Of a stretch of DNA of 25,901 bases, positions 1 through 8,948 are shown piece after piece. The stretch comes from an uncultured Candidatus Saccharibacteria bacterium (GTDB lineage Bacteria; Patescibacteriota; WWE3; 2-01-FULL-39-13). The DNA lies in NCBI GenBank assembly GCA_964523665.1, contig CAZFZJ010000001.1, positions 1 through 25,901 on the forward strand, given 5' to 3'. The position numbers and the translations under genes are program-made. Position 1 is the stretch's first letter; each line of letters starts with the position of its first letter. The notes below the pieces were generated by a model that had not been told where the DNA came from, searched no databases, and saw only the letters and a program-made list of their open reading frames with translations.

Positions 1-444
1 ATAAATCCATTAGGTATTCATAATAACCATATTTTGATTCGAAGCGTGTACCTAGCATTGGAGCTAAGGCTCCAGCACTACTAAGTTTCTCATCTTCTAA
101 ATACACTATTAGATTTTTGAAATACATAGAGTCTACAATTACGTCTACGTCTAAAAATATACCCCAGGATGAGGATGTATTATTCAGTAAAACATTTCTA
201 GCTGTACCGCATGTCAATAATTTTGGCGAATAAAATAAGTTTATTTTTAAATTTTCAAACTTATTATGATGAAGAATAATTGTATTAAATCTTTTTCTTG
301 ATAATTGCTAAAGAAAAGGTTTATAGGGACGAATTTGCCGTACGTTTGCTGTGCAATATAAATTGAATTAAGATGATCCTCTAAAAAATGCAAGAATCCA
401 GAGTGGGCAATAGTATTTACCGTAAACAATTTTTCAGTTTTCAT
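1..444 (-). pseudogene. GT2-family (GT-A fold) glycosyltransferase split by a -1 frameshift between about 307 and 250; 3' end runs off the window
   Basis: The 65-aa ORF (444-247) resembles the GT2 N-terminus (FTVNTIAH..LEDHLNSI..INLFFSN). A second frame, open from about 307 to position 1, reads ..KINLFYSPKLLTCGTARNVLLNNTSSSWGIFLDVDVIVDSMYFKNL.., with the GxARN and FLDxD (DXD) motifs. Could also be a sequencing indel. Confidence 0.7.
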
Positions 445-483
445 TACTTTTAATTTTACGAATTTTTCGAATTAATGGCTTAA

Positions 484-3408
484 TTAAATTACCCGCTTTC
501 TTAATGCTTCGGCGGTGTATGATTTTTTATCTTTCAGAAGTTCATCAACGGTCCCTTTAAAGACGATTTCTCCTCCTTCTTTACCGCCTTCGGGGCCTAG
601 GTCAATTACCCAATCTGAATTCTTGATTATATCTAGGTTGTGTTCAATGACTAGGACAGTGTTTCCTTTTAACACTAGACGTCGTAATATCGCTATGAGT
701 CGTTCTAGATCAGCAAAATGCAAACCTGTTGTTGGTTCATCTAATACATAAAAAGTCTTCCCTGTTCCTTTTTTCGCAAGCTCTGATGCCAATTTAACCC
801 TTTGTGCTTCTCCACCGCTTAGAGTTGTTGCAGACTGCCCTAGCCTAATATATCCCAACCCAACATCGTATAGAGTTGTAAGTCTGTCATGAATCTTGGG
901 ATGGTTTTGGAAGAAAGTTAGCGCATCCTCAACTGTCATATCCAACACATCAGCTATCGTTTTATTCTTATATTCAACTTCGAGAGTTTCTCTATTATAC
1001 CTTTTACCTCCGCAGACTTCGCAATCAACATAAACATCAGGCATAAACTGCATTTCGATCTTAATTTGGCCATCTCCTTGGCATGCTTCGCATCTACCAC
1101 CTTTTACATTGAAAGAAAATCTACCTGCTTTATATCCCCGAATTTTTGACATTTTAGTTTGTGCAAAAAGCTCTCTAATATCATCAAAAACCTTAGTATA
1201 AGTAGCAGGATTACTTCTAGGAGTTCTGCCAATTGGGTTCTGATCAATCGAGATGATTTTGTCTACAAATTCAGCTCCTGTTAGACCTCTATTCGCTTCA
1301 GGTTTAGTGTTATTCTTAAGACCCTTTGCTTCTCTTAACATGCCTAGTAATGTTTCATTAATTAAAGTTGATTTACCTGATCCAGAAACTCCCGTAATAC
1401 AAACCATTTTATTTAAGGGGATTTCGACATCTATATTTTTAAGATTATGACCAGATGCTCCAACCAATTTGATCCACTGAGTTTTTGGCGTAACTTTGCT
1501 CTGATTTGCTATTAACGCAGCATCTTCTTTATTAAAGAAATCTAAATATTCGATCTTCTTTTTACCTGATAAATATGGGCCGGTGATTGATTTATCATTC
1601 CTCTTTATTTCGTCTGGCGTACCTTCTGCTACTAACATACCTCCCTTGTGACCGGCTGCCGGCCCAAAGTCAAATATATAATCTGATTCAAGCATGGTTT
1701 GCTCGTCATGTTCAACGACCAATACAGTATTACCTAAATCCCTTAAATTTTTGAGTGTGCCGATGAGTTTTGAATGATCTTTTGGATGTAGCCCAATTGA
1801 AGGTTCATCTAATACATATAAGACTCCTGAAAGTTTTGATCCAATTTGTGATGCAAGCCTAATTCTTTGGGATTCACCTCCAGCTAATGTTGCGGAAGCT
1901 CTTGAAATGGTTAGATACGAAAGTCCAACATCCACAAGGAAGGTCAATCTGGACTCGATCTCTTTAATAATTGGTTTGCTAATCTCGAGCTCCTTTTTAT
2001 TAAGAACTTCGTGTTCAAGTTGTTGTACCCATTCGAGACTTTCCTTGATTGATAGATCGCAAACATCAGCAATGTTTTTCTTTTTGATGGTTACACTAAG
2101 TGCGTGTTGATTTAATCTGGTTCCCAAACATTTTGGACAAGGTTCTTTTATCATATATCGCTCAATTTCTCCTCTTACATAATCAGAATCGGTTTCTTTA
2201 TATCTACGTTGTAGATTAGTAATAACTCCTTCAAATCTTGCATCGAAGGTTCTGCCTTTATAAAAAACTTCAAATTTTTGTGAGCCTGTACCATAAAGAA
2301 GCATTTCGAGCTTATCTTTAGAAAGTGTTTTTATCGGTTTTCGAAGATCAATGCCGTGTGTTCTTGAAACTGCTTCTAAAATTGCTCGGTTCCAACCCTG
2401 CTTTTCGACTAATGATGCCCATGGAATAATACCGCCCTCTAAAATACTAATTTCAGGGGCAACTATAAGTTCAGGATCAATCTTTAATTCTGTTCCGAGT
2501 CCTGAACAGACTTCACACGCACCATGTGGTGAATTAAATGAAAAGCTTCTTGGTTCAATTTCAGAAAGAGAGATATTACAAACTGGGCAAGCAAACCGTT
2601 CACTGTATAAGTGATCTTCCATAATTTCAGGTCTTTCTGGGAATTCTAGCGCTTTATCTTTAACCTCAGATGAAATCATAAAACCATTCCCTAGCGAGAG
2701 TGCCGATTCTACAGATTGCGAAAGTCTAGACACAAATTCTTTATCTATATTTTTGGGATTTGGAACAACGAGTCTATCTATGATGACATCAATAGAATGT
2801 TTATTCGTTTTGATTAGATTTATTTTATCTGTGAGAGAATAAACCTTGCCATCAATTCTTACTCTTGCGTACCCTTGTTTGATCAAATTATCCAAAAGCT
2901 GATTATATTCACCTTTTCGATCTTTTACGATAGGAGCTAATATCATGACTCTTCTCTGTTTCGTGAATTCCGTTTGATTGTGTTTAATAATTAGATTGAC
3001 GATCTGATCTACTGTTAAATGTTCAATTTCACGTCCGCAAGATGGGCAATGAGGATGCCCTACTCTTGCAAATAAAAGCCTCATATAATCGTATATTTCA
3101 GTCACCGTACCAACGGTAGATCTGGGATTATGTGATACGGTTTTTTGATCAATTGCGATTGCTGGGGATAGTCCTTCGATAGACTCAACTGCTGGTTTTT
3201 TCATCACACCTAAGAATTGCCTAGCATAAGATGAAAGTGATTCAACATACCGTCTTTGGCCTTCCGCAAAAATTGTATCCATTGCCAGGGATGACTTTCC
3301 TGATCCAGAAACGCCTGTAAATACAACCAATTTATTCTTTGGAATGTTTATATCTACCGATTTTAAGTTATGTTCTGAGGCGCCTTTGACTTTGATGAAG
3401 TTATCCAT
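484..3408 (-). CDS. uvrA: Excinuclease ABC subunit A
   Basis: Two ABC ATPase domains (GVSGSGKS twice; LAGGESQR and LSGGEAQR signatures; LDEP Walker B), CxxC zinc fingers, N-terminal IKVKGASEHNLK. Confidence 0.99.
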   Translation of the reverse strand: MDNFIKVKGASEHNLKSVDINIPKNKLVVFTGVSGSGKSSLAMDTIFAEGQRRYVESLSSYARQFLGVMKKPAVESIEGLSPAIAIDQKTVSHNPRSTVGTVTEIYDYMRLLFARVGHPHCPSCGREIEHLTVDQIVNLIIKHNQTEFTKQRRVMILAPIVKDRKGEYNQLLDNLIKQGYARVRIDGKVYSLTDKINLIKTNKHSIDVIIDRLVVPNPKNIDKEFVSRLSQSVESALSLGNGFMISSEVKDKALEFPERPEIMEDHLYSERFACPVCNISLSEIEPRSFSFNSPHGACEVCSGLGTELKIDPELIVAPEISILEGGIIPWASLVEKQGWNRAILEAVSRTHGIDLRKPIKTLSKDKLEMLLYGTGSQKFEVFYKGRTFDARFEGVITNLQRRYKETDSDYVRGEIERYMIKEPCPKCLGTRLNQHALSVTIKKKNIADVCDLSIKESLEWVQQLEHEVLNKKELEISKPIIKEIESRLTFLVDVGLSYLTISRASATLAGGESQRIRLASQIGSKLSGVLYVLDEPSIGLHPKDHSKLIGTLKNLRDLGNTVLVVEHDEQTMLESDYIFDFGPAAGHKGGMLVAEGTPDEIKRNDKSITGPYLSGKKKIEYLDFFNKEDAALIANQSKVTPKTQWIKLVGASGHNLKNIDVEIPLNKMVCITGVSGSGKSTLINETLLGMLREAKGLKNNTKPEANRGLTGAEFVDKIISIDQNPIGRTPRSNPATYTKVFDDIRELFAQTKMSKIRGYKAGRFSFNVKGGRCEACQGDGQIKIEMQFMPDVYVDCEVCGGKRYNRETLEVEYKNKTIADVLDMTVEDALTFFQNHPKIHDRLTTLYDVGLGYIRLGQSATTLSGGEAQRVKLASELAKKGTGKTFYVLDEPTTGLHFADLERLIAILRRLVLKGNTVLVIEHNLDIIKNSDWVIDLGPEGGKEGGEIVFKGTVDELLKDKKSYTAEALRKRVI

Positions 3409-3418
3409 ACAAGAGGGT

Positions 3419-3452
3419 ATTTTATCACAAATTTATTTCGTGTTTCATTCGG
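3419..3452 (-). promoter_or_regulatory. uvrA promoter (extended -10 TG-A-TAAAAT, 3427-3419) with putative LexA operator TTCGT-gtttca-TTCGG (+ strand 3437-3452) over the -35 region
   Basis: One-mismatch copy of the direct repeat in the lexA promoter, with the same 6-nt spacer, 29-44 nt upstream of the uvrA ATG. Confidence 0.7.
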
Positions 3453-3972
3453 GAGATTGAATCTGGATATTTTTCAATTCGAAGTTAATATTTCGGATTT
3501 GAAGATTGATGAACCTAGCTAAAGTGTCTTTTAGTGATGAGGTGCTATTGATATTCGAAACATCATTAATAAATGGATCTTCTAGTATTGAGTTAGGAAG
3601 TTGCTTGTTTGCATAGGTCACTCTTTGATAAATGATTTGGTTTTGCGTTACTTGTGCTTGATTACTTGTATTCTCAGCATCTGGTTGGGCTGAATTACTT
3701 CCAAGTAATCCATTAAAAGCGAAATATCCTCCTGTGGCAATCAAAAGAAGCAAAAGACCTGAAATAATTGCAATAATTGAGATAGTTTTCTTAGTGAAAG
3801 ATATATGCAAATGATCTTTAATATTAAACTTCTCTTTTGGCATTACTTTGATACCACCGATGATAGGTTGGTCACCCATATAAGCGACGACGTTTTTTTT
3901 CGTTGTTTCGATTGTTGGGTCTTTTTGCAAGTTTTCATCTGCTAATCTATTTGCAAAGGCGTCGCTATCCAT
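3445..3972 (-). CDS. Hypothetical single-pass membrane protein
   Basis: 175-aa ORF with one hydrophobic segment (ISIIAIISGLLLLLIATGGYFAF); starts 1 nt after the stop of the upstream gene. Confidence 0.8.
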   Translation of the reverse strand: MDSDAFANRLADENLQKDPTIETTKKNVVAYMGDQPIIGGIKVMPKEKFNIKDHLHISFTKKTISIIAIISGLLLLLIATGGYFAFNGLLGSNSAQPDAENTSNQAQVTQNQIIYQRVTYANKQLPNSILEDPFINDVSNINSTSSLKDTLARFINLQIRNINFELKNIQIQSPE

Positions 3973-3973
3973 A

Positions 3974-4624
3974 TTAATCTGTGTTATTAACTAATTGTAA
4001 ATTCGAAATTACATCAAGCATTGATGCATTTATTTGATCTGTAAGAATTACTAAGTTATCTAATTTTGTTCTAATATCATAATCATTCTCAAAGTCAGTA
4101 CTGGCTGATTTTAAAGCATCAAGACTCGCTGAGATTTGTTCTGTTTTATACCTTGAATTAATTATTAAACTACGGACGTCATTGATATCAAGGTGAGATA
4201 AAAAACCTTGATTATTGTTTGTCTCTATTCGATTGATGTATAGATTTAGTTCAACAAGTAGGTTACGGTATCTAGCCTCTGTTAGGAGCAAAGTTTTCTT
4301 GATTTTTTGGGTGTCAGATGCTGAGAGTTTTAATCTGTCAGATGATTTTTCTTCTACCGACGCATACAAGTTTTTTATTTCATTAAACCTTGAAAGGTCT
4401 TGATTCTCTATTATAGGGACCTCGTTTGGAATGTATGTTGGTAATGGCTTTGGTGTAGCAAATGCTGTTGGTGTTACGTTAATTTCGTCAAAGCCCGTAA
4501 AGTCAGTATCTTTATCTGATAAAACGACAGGATAGCGTTGATTCAAGTAAAGCAAAGAGCTCCCCGCAATTAATAAGGTGAAGACAAACACATATAACCA
4601 ACTGTTCTTTAGAGAGGTAGGCAT
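3974..4624 (-). CDS. Hypothetical membrane-anchored or secreted helical protein
   Basis: 216 aa; N-terminal hydrophobic helix, short Pro/Thr linker, helical/coiled-coil-like C-terminus; TAGAAT 7 nt before the ATG. Confidence 0.8.
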   Translation of the reverse strand: MPTSLKNSWLYVFVFTLLIAGSSLLYLNQRYPVVLSDKDTDFTGFDEINVTPTAFATPKPLPTYIPNEVPIIENQDLSRFNEIKNLYASVEEKSSDRLKLSASDTQKIKKTLLLTEARYRNLLVELNLYINRIETNNNQGFLSHLDINDVRSLIINSRYKTEQISASLDALKSASTDFENDYDIRTKLDNLVILTDQINASMLDVISNLQLVNNTD

Positions 4625-4666
4625 TACTTTGATTCTAATATTTTCGTGGCGCAGAGTCCAATAATT

Positions 4667-6718
4667 TTATTTAGTAGATTTTAGTTCTCTTATGCGGTCC
4701 CTTATTTTTGCGGCAGTTTCAAATTCGAGCATGTCTGCTGCCAGTTTCATCTTATTTTCAAGTTCTTTGACTACCGCTTTTTGTTTCTTTTTCGTCATAG
4801 TTCTAAATTCATAATCATCAACGAGTAATCCTTTGGGAATATCATTGTTTTCATCTTCGAGTGTTTTTTCGAGAATTCGCTCTCGAATAGGTTTATGAAT
4901 TGATTCGGGAGTAATTCCATGTTCTTTATTAAATCTGATTTGGATTTCCCGGCGGCGCGTCACTTCATCGATCGCACGCTGCATTGAACCCGTTATTTTG
5001 TCTGCATACATAATCACTTGCCCATTTACATGACGCGCCGCCCGTCCCATAGTTTGGATTAAAGATGTCTCGCTTCTTAAAAAGCCCTCTTTATCTGCAT
5101 CAAGAATTGCTACTAGTGAAACTTCTGGTAAATCTAAACCTTCTCTCAACAAATTGATTCCGACTAGAACGTCGTAATCACCTTTACGTAAACTATCGAG
5201 AATATCTGATCGTTCAAGAGTTTCAATATCCGAATGCAAATATGCCACTTTATACTTTTTATCTTGTAAAAATCCAGCTAATTCTTCCGCCATCTTTTTT
5301 GTTAATGTTGTAACCAATACCCTTTGCTTCTTCTTTATTACTTCATCAATTCGTTCTTCCAGGTCTATGATTTGCCCTTCTGTTGGTTTGATCTCGATTT
5401 GAGGATCGATTAATCCTGTTGGGCGAACCACAAGTTCCACTACCTCTTTGCTTCTTTCCACTTCCCATTCATTTGGGGTAGCAGAGATATACATAGTTTG
5501 TCCCATTCTTCTTTCAAATTCATCGAATTTTAATGGCCTATTATCTAAAGCGGAAGGGAGTCTAAAACCATAATCTATTAGCGTTTGTTTTCTGGCTCTA
5601 TCTCCGTTGTACATTCCCCGAATCTGAGGGATTGTAATGTGCGATTCGTCGATAACAAGTAAATAATCGTCTGGGAAGAATTCCAAGAGGGCGTGAGGAG
5701 CTTCTCCCGGCTTACGTCCGTCAAAATATCTTGAATAATTTTCAATCCCCTTGCATGATCCCAATTCTTTTATCATTTCGATATCATAATTAGTACGTTG
5801 AGATAATCTGTACGCCTCTATCTTTTTACCTTGCTTTTCAAGTTCTTTTACACGAATTTCTAAATCTTCCTTAATTTCTTTTAATGCTTCGTCAAAACGG
5901 TCCTCTGGAGCTACGTAATGTTTTGCTGGATAAATAATGGTTTGTTCTGCTTGAATAATGTGACTTTTTACAAAATCTTCCTGAGCTTTCGTTAGTTTTG
6001 TATTTAGGAATGCTTGCCCTTTAGTTAAGTATTCACCTGAAACGGGGTCAAAATATCTTATTCCAGAAATTTTGTCTCCAAGCATGTCGATCCTTATGCA
6101 AAAGTTTTGATAAGCAGGATAAACATCTAAGGTATCTCCTTTTAATCGATAAGTTCCACGTTTGAAGTCGAAATCGTTGCGCTCATAGTAAAGATCGTTT
6201 AATCGCAGTAAAAGATCTTGCAACCGAAATTTCATACCTGCCCGAAGTTCAATAATTTGCTTTGTGTATTCAATGGGTGAACCTAAGTTATAAATGCATG
6301 AAACGGAAGCGACAACAATCACATCTTTTCTGGTAATTAGTGAGGCAGTTGTGCTAAGTCGAAGTTTATCGATCTCTTCGTTTATATCGGCATCTTTCTC
6401 GATATAAGTGGCAGTTGCAGGAAGATAACTTTCAGGTTGATAGTAATCGTAGTAACTGACAAAGTATTCCACCGCGTTTTCCGGGAAGAATTCTCGAAAT
6501 TCCTGAAATAATTGCCCAGCTAGTGTTTTGTTGTGGGAGATAATTAGTGTGGGTTTTTGCAATTTTTCGATCAAATTTGCAACAACAAAGGTCTTTCCTG
6601 AGCCTGTAACTCCTAATAGTGTTTGCTCTTTATTACCAGCACGCAGACTCTTTTCGAGCTCTTCAATTGCACGAGGTTGACCGCCTGCAGGTTTGTAGGA
6701 TGAATGAAGTTTAAACAC
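4667..6718 (-). CDS. uvrB: Excinuclease ABC subunit B
   Basis: LGVTGSGKT Walker A, YYDYYQPE beta-hairpin motif, DESH box, GRAAR motif VI, C-terminal UVR domain ([11 protein letters not shown]). GTG start. Confidence 0.99.
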   Translation of the reverse strand: MFKLHSSYKPAGGQPRAIEELEKSLRAGNKEQTLLGVTGSGKTFVVANLIEKLQKPTLIISHNKTLAGQLFQEFREFFPENAVEYFVSYYDYYQPESYLPATATYIEKDADINEEIDKLRLSTTASLITRKDVIVVASVSCIYNLGSPIEYTKQIIELRAGMKFRLQDLLLRLNDLYYERNDFDFKRGTYRLKGDTLDVYPAYQNFCIRIDMLGDKISGIRYFDPVSGEYLTKGQAFLNTKLTKAQEDFVKSHIIQAEQTIIYPAKHYVAPEDRFDEALKEIKEDLEIRVKELEKQGKKIEAYRLSQRTNYDIEMIKELGSCKGIENYSRYFDGRKPGEAPHALLEFFPDDYLLVIDESHITIPQIRGMYNGDRARKQTLIDYGFRLPSALDNRPLKFDEFERRMGQTMYISATPNEWEVERSKEVVELVVRPTGLIDPQIEIKPTEGQIIDLEERIDEVIKKKQRVLVTTLTKKMAEELAGFLQDKKYKVAYLHSDIETLERSDILDSLRKGDYDVLVGINLLREGLDLPEVSLVAILDADKEGFLRSETSLIQTMGRAARHVNGQVIMYADKITGSMQRAIDEVTRRREIQIRFNKEHGITPESIHKPIRERILEKTLEDENNDIPKGLLVDDYEFRTMTKKKQKAVVKELENKMKLAADMLEFETAAKIRDRIRELKSTK

Positions 6719-6746
6719 GAATGTATTGTAGCACTAGTTGGCGTCC

Positions 6747-6848
6747 TTATATTGCTGAAAAAATCATTGATGAGACAACCACAAGTACTAATATGAGTAC
6801 AAATGCGGTCAACAAAAACGGATCCCTTTTATTCGATCGGTTTTTCAT
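6747..6848 (-). CDS. 33-aa single-pass membrane micro-protein MKNRSNKRDPFLLTAFVLILVLVVVSSMIFSAI (not in ORF track)
   Basis: ATG 6848, TAA 6749-6747; basic N-terminus followed by about 22 hydrophobic residues; fills the trmH-uvrB gap; TG-A-TATTAT 6 nt upstream. Confidence 0.6.
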   Translation of the reverse strand: MKNRSNKRDPFLLTAFVLILVLVVVSSMIFSAI

Positions 6849-6860
6849 ATAGTAATAATA

Positions 6861-7328
6861 TCAAATATTACCAATAGTGTGGTATAGCACAATGCCTGCT
6901 GCCGTTGCAACATTAAGTGAAGGATGTGTTCCGATTCTTGGAATCTCTATGCATTTATCCGCTTTTAGGAGTGTTTTTTCATTTATCCCTGCAGGTTCAT
7001 TGCCAAAGACAATAATAGTGTTCTGATTTGGTATCCAGTCTTTTAGCGGAAATGTTTTTGGAACATTATTTTCGATACAAATAAGTTCGAAGTTGGGATA
7101 TTTTTCAGTTAATTCGTCAATATCTTTAAATTTCTCAAGCTTAACTTTATCAAAGGAACTTAAAGCCGTTTTTTTAAGTTTAGAGTTTATCTCATCTGGT
7201 GAATATGGGTCATGAGCTGTAAAACCTAACAAGGCGACCTTTTTAAACCCGAAAAATTCGGACGTTCTAATGATTGATCCGACATTATAGAGGCTTCTCA
7301 CATTTTCAATAGCTACAATGATTTCCAT
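6861..7328 (-). CDS. SpoU/TrmH-family (SPOUT) RNA 2'-O-methyltransferase
   Basis: ENVRSLYNVGSIIRT motif 1, VFGNEPAGI motif 2, IEIPRIG..SLNVATAAGI motif 3. Start moved to ATG 7328 (MEIIV), which clears the lexA promoter. Confidence 0.93.
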   Translation of the reverse strand: MEIIVAIENVRSLYNVGSIIRTSEFFGFKKVALLGFTAHDPYSPDEINSKLKKTALSSFDKVKLEKFKDIDELTEKYPNFELICIENNVPKTFPLKDWIPNQNTIIVFGNEPAGINEKTLLKADKCIEIPRIGTHPSLNVATAAGIVLYHTIGNI

Positions 7329-7363
7329 CCGAACATTATCGCATAAAACCCGAAAAATTCCCA

Positions 7364-7393
7364 TTGACTTATTCGGGTATACTTCGGTATAGT
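7364..7393 (+). promoter_or_regulatory. lexA promoter TTGACT-N18-TATAGT with operator TTCGG-gtatac-TTCGG (7372-7387) between -35 and -10
   Basis: Near-consensus sigma70 boxes and a perfect direct repeat in the spacer, the usual position for LexA autorepression. Confidence 0.8.
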
Positions 7394-7402
7394 AATTTTA
7401 TT

Positions 7403-8026
7403 ATGCCAGTATATCTATATCCAAAACAAAAAGAAATTTACGAATATATTAAGCAACACATACAAAAAGTTGGAACCTCACCTACTCTAAAACAGATTGC
7501 TGAAGCCATGGGTTTAAGGTCATTAGCCACTGTTGCCGAGCATTTAGATGCGTTAGAAAAAAAGGGTTTAATTGAGAGATTATTTGGCGAAGCAAGGGGA
7601 ATTCGAATTACTGATTCTGATGCATTTATGGATCCTGTTGAAGCAATTGAAGTTCCTGTTGTTGGTTATATTGCAGCAGGTAAACCAATAGAAGCAATCG
7701 AAGATACAACCACTACAATGAGTATTCCTTCTGATATGGTTAGTCGTTCAAAGAGGACTTTTGTACTTCAGGTAGTTGGTGATTCAATGATCGATGCTCA
7801 TATTACTGACGGTGATTTTGTTGTTTGTGAACAGGTTACGAATGTGGATAACGGTGAGATAGTAGTTGCTATCGTTGAAGGCGAATATGCAACATTAAAG
7901 AGGTTTTTTAAGGAGAGTGATCGAATCAGACTCCAACCCGAAAATCAAACAATGGACCCAATTTATGCAACTAATGTAGAAATTAAAGGCAAAGTCATTG
8001 GGGTAATACGTAAATACGATAGGTAG
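7403..8026 (+). CDS. lexA: SOS transcriptional repressor LexA
   Basis: N-terminal winged HTH (PTLKQIAEAMGLRSLATVAEHLDALEKKG), Ala-Gly cleavage site (IAAGKP), catalytic Ser (GDSM) and Lys (TLKR). Start placed at ATG 7403; the TTG at 7364 is the -35 box. Confidence 0.98.
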   Translation: MPVYLYPKQKEIYEYIKQHIQKVGTSPTLKQIAEAMGLRSLATVAEHLDALEKKGLIERLFGEARGIRITDSDAFMDPVEAIEVPVVGYIAAGKPIEAIEDTTTTMSIPSDMVSRSKRTFVLQVVGDSMIDAHITDGDFVVCEQVTNVDNGEIVVAIVEGEYATLKRFFKESDRIRLQPENQTMDPIYATNVEIKGKVIGVIRKYDR

Positions 8027-8189
8027 TAGTTGTCTAAAAACCATCAATTGCTGCGATCGCATTACCAAATACTCCTTACAGAGCATCAAGATTTTATTGA
8101 TTTAAAGCATTGTTTGCCATATTTTTAACAACGCTTTCTCTTTAACTAATTGTCTTCTAAAAGTATCTACTGTATATTAGACCTATATT

Positions 8190-8948
8190 ATGCAAACTTC
8201 AATAAGTTCTCAACAAGAGCGTGATCAGTTTAAAAAAGAGTGTGAGCTTCAGCGTGAGCGTGGTGAACTGGTTGAAGCCCTAGAAGGTTTTGAACAAATA
8301 TTAGAATGGGATAAAGCAAATTGTAACAATAAGGGTTATATTGATGTTTTAGGCCATGTATCGATCTGCTTAAAACTAATGGCAGAAAATGAGGAAGATA
8401 TTCAAAAGAAAAAAGATTTAACCAGTCGTGCATTAGAGATTGCTACAGAGGCTGTTGAAAAAGCCAAGGAACTTGGTTTACCAGCAGGATCAGTTGCGAT
8501 TCAGCAAGTTCATCAGGCTCAGGCTTTTTTGGCACATGCAGAATTTTTTGAAGGAGATGCCAAAAAAGCCCAGTTAATAACCGCACTTGAGACTATCGAA
8601 GAATCAATTAAAAACTTTCCAGGGTCAGTTGCTTCGAAGGCATGGCCGCAAAATGCTAAAGCACAAATTCAATTTAAAAATGGAGATATCGTAGGAGCTA
8701 TGGATTCAATATGCCAAGGTCAGCGAATGATTTATGAAGGATATGAAGAACAAATGAAAGAAGATAATAATAGTGATCTAAAAATCAAAATTTGGTTATC
8801 GGGGCTTTATCTATCAGCTGCTGTAATATGCAAAGAAACCAAAAGAGATATTCTATCAAAGTATTATGCGAATGCAGTACTTGCATTACCAGATGAAGAA
8901 GGTCATTTAGTGAACCGTAAAAACCAAGCTCAGGCATTATTAAAGTGA
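8190..8948 (+). CDS. Hypothetical all-helical (TPR-like) protein
   Basis: 252 aa, Ala/Glu-rich helical repeats; overlaps the next gene at GTGA. Confidence 0.7.
   Translation: MQTSISSQQERDQFKKECELQRERGELVEALEGFEQILEWDKANCNNKGYIDVLGHVSICLKLMAENEEDIQKKKDLTSRALEIATEAVEKAKELGLPAGSVAIQQVHQAQAFLAHAEFFEGDAKKAQLITALETIEESIKNFPGSVASKAWPQNAKAQIQFKNGDIVGAMDSICQGQRMIYEGYEEQMKEDNNSDLKIKIWLSGLYLSAAVICKETKRDILSKYYANAVLALPDEEGHLVNRKNQAQALLK

Noticed and set aside
515-2614. Plus-strand ORFs inside uvrA (515, 1253, 1907, 2351)
   Set aside because: Antisense shadows of a conserved gene with no recognisable motifs. The same applies to track ORFs nested in or opposite other genes (4215, 7895, 8230, 11021, 11244, 12241, 12919, 13233, 13850, 14291, 17492, 19141, 21934, 22255, 22439, 24602, 24804, 25160 and others).
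6706-6732. TTCGT half-site at the uvrB start codon as an SOS box
   Set aside because: No partner half-site 11 bp up- or downstream (GCTAC, ACTTC).
7329-7402. Track starts for lexA (TTG 7364) and the methyltransferase (7364)
   Set aside because: They would overlap head-to-head across the promoter. The TTG is the -35 box, and the recognisable protein motifs begin only after ATG 7403 and ATG 7328.
8052-8061. 10-bp palindrome TGCGATCGCA downstream of lexA
   Set aside because: Dozens of 10-bp palindromes are expected by chance in 26 kb; no U-tract or promoter context.
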